From Lingula anatina (Eukaryota > Animalia > Brachiopoda), in contig CM120641.1 of the NCBI GenBank assembly GCA_051362555.1, forward strand, positions 32,680,401 through 32,744,400: a stretch of 64,000 bases of DNA, given 5' to 3'. Position 1 is the stretch's first letter. Each line of letters begins with the position of its first letter. Shown here piece by piece: positions 39,701 through 50,400 of this stretch. Position numbers and translations under genes: made by a program. Below the pieces are notes generated by a model, which was given only the letters and a program-made list of their open reading frames with translations, was not told the DNA's origin and did no database searches.

Positions 39701-42700
39701 GGCAGGAAAAAGAGTGTACTGAGTGTCTCTTTTGCTGATGGTATATAGATTGGAAACGCAGAGACTGTAATGCAGAGACTGGAAAATTACATACACAAAC
39801 TGCGTGCAAAGTCACTATTTTTGAAGCTACAGTGAAAACACTGATAACATTAATTTTCTAGTTATTATTATTTAAATGTTTTAATATGGAACAGAGAGTT
39901 AAGGTTATTTCAATCATCCATTAATGAGAAAAAATCTTCAAGTAAAAATGAATTATACAATTGAGAGGTGGACACAGAATTTCATTTTTTCCCTTTCAAG
40001 ACCGTTTCACATAAATTATTAAATTGCTTCATAATTCTCACTCAATTTCACCAAACTCGCCACAAAGCTGTCTCAATCACAGACTCCAGCTCAATGGCTT
40101 ACCGAGACCACTTTCCCATCCATGGCTTTCACTTTGATTGGTGCATTTTGCTGCTTTGTGTTTCCTGTCCCCAGCTGACCCTCGGCATTCTTTCCAAACG
40201 TATACACATGCCCTGGCTCCACCAGGACTGCACTGTGCTTGGGACCCAAAGACGCATTGATCACTCGGTGGTTGGTGAGGGCTCGCACAATGGTAGGAGC
40301 CTTCACCTCTTCGACCTCAGTCTGAAAAGATTCACGGAAATATTGACTGCATTAATGAACCTAAACTTTTTTGCAAATAACCAAAGATCGAAATAAAGAT
40401 TGGAGTATTATAGAGTTATGCAGGTAAATCAACTTAGATATTTTTTGATACAATTATGTCTATGGCATCTATGTCATAGACTATACTGTATGAAATATGT
40501 TTTTTTACTCTTCAAGACTAAATATTCTTTTTTTTTCTGAATAAAAATGAACAATTGACATAAACAAGAATACTTACACAGAGAAAACAAGATTCCTAAA
40601 CATTCTCAAAGAGTGCATTCCCAGAGATTTAGATCGATCCAGAGATTTAGATTTAGATCGCCCTAACTCCCTGGGGGTTCACGCTAAATTGCAGTCAGCC
40701 AAGCGCGCACCATAGTTAATTACCCCCTTACAGCTTTTAGTAGGCGGGACAGACATTTAAGCTTGTTAAGCTGACACCAATCTAGTGAGACTCCCCAGGG
40801 GGATAGATCGATCTAAATATCTATGGGAATGGGGTCAAAGACTGACCTTTGCAAATATGTTCTTCATAGCCATGAGGAACCCCTGCCTGTTGTTAAGTCC
40901 CAGTTTATTGTATTCATTGTTCCCAAATGCCAGCACACTGCCCACATCTGTCAGTAGCATGGTGCCATCCACACCACAAAACACCTCCCGCACCATCATA
41001 GGTTCTGTGATTTTCACCTGCATGGGTTGGGCACTGAAAGGAGCAGAACAGAATCTAAAATCATCTCAGTACGGTTAGTTTCCTTCTTTTATTCTCTCTT
41101 TTCTTTTCTCTCTATCACTCATGAAAGAAAATTGAATATGAAAGACGAAATTTTTTTCATTTTTAATAATAACATTAGAACCCAAATGCTTATCAGATAT
41201 TATTACAACTAGTAAAACTAAAACCATTTGTTTCCTTAAAAGAACAAAAAGGCATATAAATTATCTTTTGCATCTTAAAAAAAAAAATTATTAAGTGAAA
41301 TAACTTTTTCATGGCCAATTGATGAAGACATTAAACATCATGCCTCACAGTCAAAAAGAATAAGAATAACCTTGGACCCAAAATATATCTTCTATCCTAG
41401 GAATAATACACTTTTTATCAACATCTTTATAATGATGACATTGGCATTTGACCTCTGACACTATCAGCCCTGAAGGTAGATGGCAGCACTGTGCCAGTAC
41501 GGGCCACAATCCTTACCAGTCCTCCTCATTGCCATGGCCTAGCCTGCCGTGACTGCCTTTGCCCCAGGAGAAGATCTCACCATCTCCACCCACCACGACC
41601 ACATGGTGCGGACCACAAGCCACTGAGGAGACGTCAACACTGAAATGAGAACAATTACATCAACACTAAAATGTACCTGAGGAGAAACTGTAGAATGTGT
41701 GAAATGTACCTGAGGAGAACCTGTAGAATGTGTAAACTGTACCTGAAGAGAGCTTCCATAATGTGTAAACTGTGCCTTAGGAAAACCTGTAGTAAACTGC
41801 ACCTGTGGGATTCCTGTAGAATGTGTAAAATGAACCTAAGAAGAGCCTGTAGAATGTGTAAACTGTACCCCAGAGCCTGTAGAATGTGTAAAATGTACCT
41901 GAGGAGAACCTGTAGTAAACTGCACCTGAGGAATGCCTGAAGAATGTGTAAAATGTACCTGAGGAAAACCTGTAGAATGTGTAAACTGTACCTGAGGAGA
42001 GTCTCTATAATGTGTAAACTGTACCTGAGGAGAACCTGTAGAATGTGTAAAATGTACCTGAGGAAAACCTGTAGAATGTGTAAACTGTACCTGAGGAGAG
42101 TCTCTATAATGTGTAAACTGTACCTGAGGAGAGCCTCTATAATGTGTAAACTGTACCTGAGGAGAAACTGTAGAATGTGTGAAATGTACCTGAGGAGAAC
42201 CTGTAGAATGTGTAAACTGTACCTGAAGAGAGCTTCCATAATGTGTAAACTGTGCCTAAGGAAAACCTGTATTAAACTGCACCTGTGGGATTCCTGTAGA
42301 ATGTGTAAAATGAACCTGAGGAGAGCCTGTAGAATGTGTAAACTGTACCCCAGAGCCTGTAGAATGTGTAAACTGTACCTCAGAGCCTGTAGAATGTGTA
42401 AAATGTACTTGAGGAGAACCTGTAGAATGTGTAAACCGTACCTGAGGAGAGCCTCTATAATGTGTAAACTGTACTTGAGGAGAGCCTCTATAATGTGTAA
42501 AATGTACCTGAGGAGAGCCTCTATAATGTGTAAAATGTACCTGAGCAGAACCTGTAGAATTTGTAAAATGTACCTGAGGAAAACCTATAGAATGTGTAAA
42601 CTGTACCTGAGGAGAGTCTCTATAATGTGTAAACTGTATCTGAGGAGAGTCTCTATAATGTGTAAACTGTATCTGAGGAGAGCCTCTATAATGTGTAAAG

Positions 42701-45700
42701 TGTATCTGAGGAGAAACTGTAGAATGTGTGAAATGTACCTGAGGAGAACCTGTAGAATGTGTAAACTGTACCTGAAGAGAGCTTCCATAAAGTGTAAACT
42801 GTGCCTGAGGAAAACCTGTAGTAAACTGCACCTGTGGGATTCCTGTAGAATATGTAAAATGAACCTGAGGAGAGCCTGTAGAATGTGTAAACTGTACCCC
42901 AGAGCCTGTAGAATGTGTAAAATGTACCTGAGGAGAACCTGTAGAATGTGTAAACTATACCTCAGAGCCTGTAGAATGTGTAAAATGTACTTGAGGAGAA
43001 CCTGTAGAATGTGTAAACCGTGCCTGAGGAGAGCCTCTATAATGTGTAAACTGTACCTGAGGAGAGCTTCTATAAGCCTTGGTCTGGAGTTGGAGTACCA
43101 GTCTCCGTGGCCCAGACAGCCATTAGAACCATCCCCACATGTCATGATGATGCCATTATCACTGGCAAATACACTGAAACAATCCCCACAGCACGCCCTG
43201 GAATAGGAGATACATCTTGAACACATCACTTTTTCACATCACTGAAATTTATAGAAAAAGAATTTACTGGGTTCAATGGTGGATCCAGATAAGAGGTGGG
43301 GAGGGGGGGGGGGGGGCATATGTTACACTTTAAAAATGCCCTCATCTATTGTTTCATATTTGTAAATGAAGCAGTCTTTATGCCCCCCCCCCCCCACACA
43401 CCCATAGCAAAATCTTTGATCTGTCAGTGAAGCTCTAAGATATGGAAGAAAAGTGTCAATGATTCAACTCTTTAGTAGCACACTTTTTAGTAACCTAGTA
43501 CCTTGTAATTGACTTCCCCTTTAGCGCCTCTACCATTTCTGGTTTAGTTAGAGACTCTTGATCACCATGTCCTAGCTGACCTTTGCCCCCTTCACCCCAT
43601 GTGTAAACTACTCTCTCATTGGTCACTACAATCACATGATCAGCACCAACAGCAATCTACGGGAAAATGAAAAGAGGAAAAAAAGGGTTGTTGTCATCAA
43701 AGACTTTATAACTTGTTCTGTATGTTATGAATTCATTTGTGACACGAATAATTTGCATTCATATGATTCTTATATCTTAGACTATTAAAAAAAGGTCAGC
43801 ATTTTATTACCACTGCAGTAGCTAATCCTGGGGCATTAATACTAATCATTAGGTAGAATTACTGGAAAATACATTAATCAAAGACCATGCTCACAAGGAT
43901 ATTAATTTAGACTAGAAATAGCAATTTTCCCTTTATAACCTATTCAAAACCACTGAGAAAAGAACAATCCATAAACCTCATTTCCAGGTGGAGTTTTATG
44001 TTACTCATTTTGTCATCTATATCCAATTTGAGGTTGACTCAAAATCTAGACAACAGAACTATAAAAAGGGTTTATGGATCAAAATTTAGTGAATGTTTTT
44101 TAATATGGTATATCTTGGTGATTAAGTAAAATGTGTTGAAATTTCATTTTTTGTTACTTTTAAAAAGGCCAAACGCTCACTCTGTGTCTTTTAATACCAT
44201 ACTGAGCAATTACGTTTTATATGACAGTTAGACTTAGAATGTGTATGTGTGAAAATGACGTAAACAACCCAGCAAAAAAATGTCTACCTCTCTTATCCTG
44301 ACTTTGGCTGGAAGATCAACTGGGTGAAGTTTCATGTCCCACGTCTCTAGGTAATATAAAACTGACCTGAAATAAAAAGACACACACTCTTAATTTTGTA
44401 TTCTCAAATAATTGACATATTGGAATTCTACTATAGAAATATTATCATTTATCGTTATTTATTAAATGCTACAAAAGACTGAACAGCACAGGCTTTTAAA
44501 AATATTTTAATTGAATGTTTAAAAACAAGCATAACACTCTATGAACAAGTATATCATAAAACCTTTTTTAATTTCTTGAAATCATCTTTCTGTATTTTTA
44601 CCAAATATATGTTACTATATGTCAGGGGTGATATTTGTTTGATTTAATGTCACAGGCAATACATGCCTGAATTTGACTCAAAAGACTAGTTACTGCTCTT
44701 AACACAGGAAATCTGATATTCATAAATATCACTTTCACCCCTTGAATGTTTGTGCAAAATAACTGCAGTTAAAATCAAATGGATGAAATCTGTTTCCTAG
44801 AACAAGAAAATATTTTTGCAACATCCCTAGTATATTATAATAATGTTAATAACATCATAATAAAGGAAACTTTATTTTCAAATCAAACTGCATCACTGTG
44901 TCACAATATCTATTTTCAGAAAAATCTACAAGAACACGACAATAGTAAAGAGGAAAAGGACACTTAATTAATATACAGAAAAATTTTGCTATAATAGTCA
45001 CTCAAATGAAAAAGAAGAAAACTATTTAAAGAGAAAAAACAAAGCCAATAAAAAGTATTTATCACATCATCATCACTTCAGTTGTTACATCACTTTACCT
45101 ATTTACTGCAGAGTTGCTACATGTAACAAAGACCAAACAGAATTACTTTCATTCCAATAAATAATTCATTTCCAGTAATAATGGTTAATTGTTTTCACTT
45201 AAGCAACTAATTCACTTTGGAGAGCTGTGATGAAAACAAATTTTGCTAGATTAAGAGCTAAAACGTTTTGGTCAGCTGTGCACTTATTCATTTCCTTTCA
45301 ATTAAAAGAAAAAGATAAAAACAAAAAGTTTTGAATAAAGGGTAAAAAGAAGACACCTGCTGAAACAATGCTTGGAGGCATTTTTTTTTAGAATATGGGT
45401 AAGTTAGTGCCAGTTAAAACATTCACAACACACAATCCATTTACCTATTATCCAGTGAATAGCTAACAAAGCAAAGCAAAAATGAAAATAAACATAACAA
45501 ACAAATTAAAGCTGTTACTTAAAGCACTTTTTATAAAATTCATGCATTTTAAATGAAATGCAACTTACAAAAATACATCAATTGTATGATTACATCGGAA
45601 AGGGTACTGTATTAATCTTCAAATGTTATTCAATAAATATAAATCTAATTATAGAATAACATAATATATTAAATATTTAAATTATTAACAGTTAGGCCAC

Positions 45701-47401
45701 ACTTTTTTAATTTTATGGATGACATCCTGCGCGCGCACGGATTTTCGCCCGTTCTCCAAAAAAAAAAAAAAAAAAAAAAGCCCCCCCCCAGCCCCCAACG
45801 AAGTCGGTTGTCGCAAACGTTGTTATTGAATTTGCAAGGAAATGAGCTTTCTGCGCATGCGTATTTTCGCCACGTGGAAATGCGGCCACTTTGCTGTCAA
45901 ATTCATCTCTAGGATTACTTTCAAATTACACAACAATAAAAGTCATAAAGAGAACGGGCGCCATCGTTTTGGATTGGTATGCCATTGATATTGGGCATGG
46001 AGATATATCACCTTTTTACAATTGTGCGAAAGGCTGGCGGCGGCCGAAACATTTCTGTGACATTCTGTATAAAGCAGCACATTAATACCAGGTTTTCTGT
46101 AGCGAAAGAAGGGTCGACAAGGGCGTCGAGGTATTTGGTGGGCTGAAGGTCGGACAGGCCACCTGACAGTTTAGCTGCTTCGTGTGAGTTGAAGTTGACA
46201 AAATGGCATCGTCTGAAATGACCTTTAATAGATTTGGTAGTATTAAGCATATCTTTGCATCATTTTTTAAACATTTCTGTGAAGTGTTCAAAATGTTTTA
46301 ATATTCTGAGAATACAAATAAAGACACACTGTTGATTGATATTTGTTTTATTGATTGCTATACCAAATGAATGCATGAAATAACCTTAAATAGATTTGGT
46401 AATATGAAGTATATCAATTCATGACTTTTTTTACATTTCTACGAAGTATTCACAATGCTTTAATATTTTGAGAGCATGGATAAAGACATATTGTTAGTTT
46501 GATATGTGTTTCTGTGGTTAAATTTGTGTTTCCAGCTGTGTACTGACAGCATTCCTTTACTTAAGCAGTTTTTTTTTTTTTTTGGACTGTTTTTTTTTTT
46601 TTCGCCCTCTCGCACCGATTTTGGGGTACTCAGAGGATGTCATCCATAAAAATAAAAAAGTGTGGCCTTATTCTATAACTAGAAATGTTATTTTCATAAT
46701 AGCCACAAGAATGCTTCAGCTGTTCAATTGAATAAAACAGACCAAGCATAACTGATCATGCACCAAAATAATCCACAGACCTTTAGTTGAATACAAGCAA
46801 AGCAGAGAATGCAACCCAAAGAATCCTAACAAGAGCATTCAGACTTGGATTCAATAAAACCAATGATTCTTTCAAATGCCACCAGATGTCATTAGCTCAC
46901 AGCTGGGACCAACCCTCTTCGCTCCCACCCCCCTCCCCCCAGACACTCCTTTGGACTTACATTTCAGCATTTTCCCTTTATCAACAAGAATTTTTCCTTT
47001 ATCAACAAAAAATCCCCTTTCCAAAAAATGCTGCAAGAGTTATATCTGTAAAGCTGCTTTTGAGTTCAAAAAAGTTTATTTTTACCATCATGAATCTCCC
47101 TATTGAGAGTGACTCAAAACCCTGAATTTTAGAACTTATAAACAAGCTTGTGAATCAAAATTTTGTGAACGATTTTGGATGTGATATACCTACAGTGATA
47201 AAAAGAAAAGTGTTGGAATTACCAAGAAAAACAAATTTTGCACTTAAATGTTTATCACTTAATGTGTGCTTTTAAAGATTCCATTATCTTAATGACAGCA
47301 GTAAGGATATTTCTGATTTAAGTTAGTCTAGCCCTGAATGCACCTTAGGTGTTAATCTGCCTTTTAAACAAAACCCTACATGTTATAACGATTACAAAAA
47401 A

Positions 47402-47433
<32 letters not shown>

Positions 47434-50400
47434 AAAAAAAAAAAAAAACTACTTGCTAGGCCTGGGTATTGGGCAAGATATAGAAATCAATACTTTGGTG
47501 TTGTTTGTGTTTACCTGGTTTTCTTCCTCAGCTTCATGGTACTGCTCTCAGTGGAGGTAGTGAGGTCGTCTTCTATGTCTGTTACAGGGTCAAGAAACCT
47601 CTCCATTAGCTGCACAACAACAAAAGAATCTTGATGATACAATGCTAAATAATGTTTTTTTTTTTTCTTTTTTTTTTGTAACTCTACAATAATCCCCTAC
47701 ATCTTCTATGCCTATTATAGGGTCAAGAAACCTCTTCATTAGCTGGACAACAACAAAACAATTCTAACTATACAATCATACACAATGTTTTTTTCTGTAA
47801 CTCAAAAATAATCTCCTTCACCCCCCCCACCTCCCCTCCCAAAAAAATCAATAAATATATAAATAAAATTCTCTCCATAACCATGTTAGTTTCTATAAAA
47901 TTTAAATAATGCTTTTTTTTCATAACTGCATGATCTCCATCCCCACCCTCAAAAAAATCTCATCATCATGTATTCTTTTATAAAAAAAAAAAATACTCTA
48001 CATAGCAGGAATCAGCGCTGAGACATTAAGACAAAACCCACCCGTCTGCATTGATTGAGATGTTAATCAAAGTGATTTTGTCATGCAGTATGAATCCAAA
48101 TGTTTTCAGCAAGATTAGGCTGAGCTTACTGGAGGAATTTTCTTATACATCAGTTCATATGCTGAAGGTCTGTACTGCGGCTCCTTCTCCAACATATCTC
48201 TGATGACAGCTTTGAACTCGGGACTGTAGTTGCCCTTCACTGGGGCAAATTGACCCTAAAAGATGACGAATTCAAGAAAGGAATAAATTCTCTCCGTTAA
48301 ATAAGCTTATAAAGTTTCATGCTTGCAAAGAAAAAATAATTACAATTTTGCATTTAAAGATAATGTCAGCCCATTTTGCATGATGCTTAGTTATTAGTAT
48401 GAGTATATCTTGCTGCCAATCAATAATTTGCAAGTTGACAAATGATTAATCTCCCTGACATCCTTAACGTATGAGCTACATTAAGCTAATCACATCTTAC
48501 TAGATATAAAACAATTCTTGGTATGAACCTATTGAGAAAATACTTTAAAGGACAACTCAGTGGGTTAGATTAATGTATAGAAGCAGGTTCTATGTAAAAC
48601 TTTGATCAGATTTGTGTTTTGGGAAATTGTTTATTATTATATGAATAAGTCTGGGTCACAAAAGTCCTGTTAAGACAACTAGAATAAAGAATTAGAAAAC
48701 GAAAACTATTTATCATGATTTCGGAGCACAGCCAGAAGTACTTCCGGCTCAAGGTCACGACCTCGATTTTCCCACGTTTACGACCAATCACAGCAGGCTT
48801 CAGTCAGAATGAGATAGACGTCACGACTACACAGCGAAACTTGTCAGACATGTAAGTGCCGCCTGTCCATCTTTTCGGTACATGTACCGATCAAAAACAG
48901 AAAACGTAAAGCCCAAAACGCTCTTATACACGTAACCAACTTTGTATGAGCACAAATATTGTCATTTATTGTGAACAGGATAATATGATAATCAGACACA
49001 CTTGAGACCTGTGAAGCGCATACTCACGTGTCGAGGAGTAGTTTCGCCATTGCCTCGTATGTGAGTCCTAACTCAGCTTTAAGTGTCCTCCACCGTCCCA
49101 CCTCCCTCCCAACATACACAGTCTGAGTGCTTCTTCGTCTGTCTCTAATTTTCTTTCGTATCTTTCGAACTGGAGTGGCTATTTTCTTTTGCCCCCTTTT
49201 GTCGCTCTCCTGTTCAGACTTGACGTGCGTCTGAGCCATGTTTGCTGTTTTGGCGCCAAATAGTAACATCCGGGTCTCAGCCGTAGTACTTCATTCATAG
49301 TAAACCGCGAGACTTAGCGAGAAATTGCGCGTTCTGAAGCCGTACTGTGAGGTGGTAGCTGAGTATTTAAGACGAGTCGTCTTTTATTATTTAATGGAAC
49401 TTAAAAACGGTATTAGGTAGCTTCATTTTCTGAACGGTTTTGGATAGGATATACCTTGGTTATTATGGGGAAATTAGTGAGTTTTCCAGGAAAATTCATT
49501 TTCGTGCTATTTTAAGGGTTTAACGCGCTGAGACTGTCTTTAAAGGTACATACGAACCGAGCATCGGTGGAGTGTGGATTCCCAGTAACACATGTAAACC
49601 ACTTCTACTAGATTCTTAAATGGCTCAAACAAATTCGACATGCCAAGGGATAAACTGAATAGATCACTCGATCAGCCATAAAAGACCTTTAGACTGCTCC
49701 TTTCTTTAAATTTATGGTTGTAAATTTAACCTACTTCCGTGACCTACTTTCCTACCCCATTGACATACAGCTTAGAATGCCAGCAGAAAAATCTGTTCAA
49801 ACATCATTTTCGGGTAAAATTAAACAATGCCTTTTGGTAATTCTCTTAGTTATACTACTTGAAACTATATGCTGGCATTTGGTTAGTTTTTGTGACAAAA
49901 AATTGACTTTGTATGCATCTTTAAGCTTCCTTTAGTTCAATGAACTCTCATTGAGGCCATTTCATTTGAACTAGTCTGAAATATTAAATACTCAGCTGTT
50001 CCAATAACTCAACAATTAGCACATATTTTCCTCACATTATTTGCTAATAAGAAAACACAGGACTGATTTCAAACCAGCACAGTTTTACATTTAAACTTTT
50101 CTCATCAGAATTTAAGTCACTAATAATGACATTTTTTTTACCTTCATAATTTTATTGACTAGTGCAGGAAGATTTGAACCCTCAAAGGTTTTCTGAAGAC
50201 AAGCCATTTCATAAAGAATACATCCCAAAGCCCATATGTCTGATTTGTCATTGTACGCCTTTCCTTCACACTGAAAATTAAGATAATATAATATAATATA
50301 ATATAATATAATATAATATAATATAATATAATATAATATAATATAATATAATATAATATAATATAATATAATATAATATAATATAATATAATATAATATA

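Noticed and set aside
41640-43056. De novo intron gain by tandem duplication of an exonic AGGT
   Set aside because: The spliced junction is CTCAG|TGTT, not AG|GT, and the acceptor lies in non-repeat sequence, so the intron appears to predate the expansion.
41671-43073. CRISPR-like appearance of the ~33-bp periodic array
   Set aside because: No unique spacers, units are contiguous, eukaryotic intron context, no cas genes.
41944-43206. 420-aa Cys/Arg-rich + strand ORF (MCKLYLRR repeats), plus overlapping ORFs 41655-42239 and 42256-42831
   Set aside because: By-products of a 33-nt (3n) minisatellite whose unit derives from the NEK exon/intron junction on the minus strand; no independent gene signals.
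47180-47212. AG|GT recursive-splice-like site in a NEK intron
   Set aside because: Weak donor (gtatat) and falls inside a TE-derived remnant motif.
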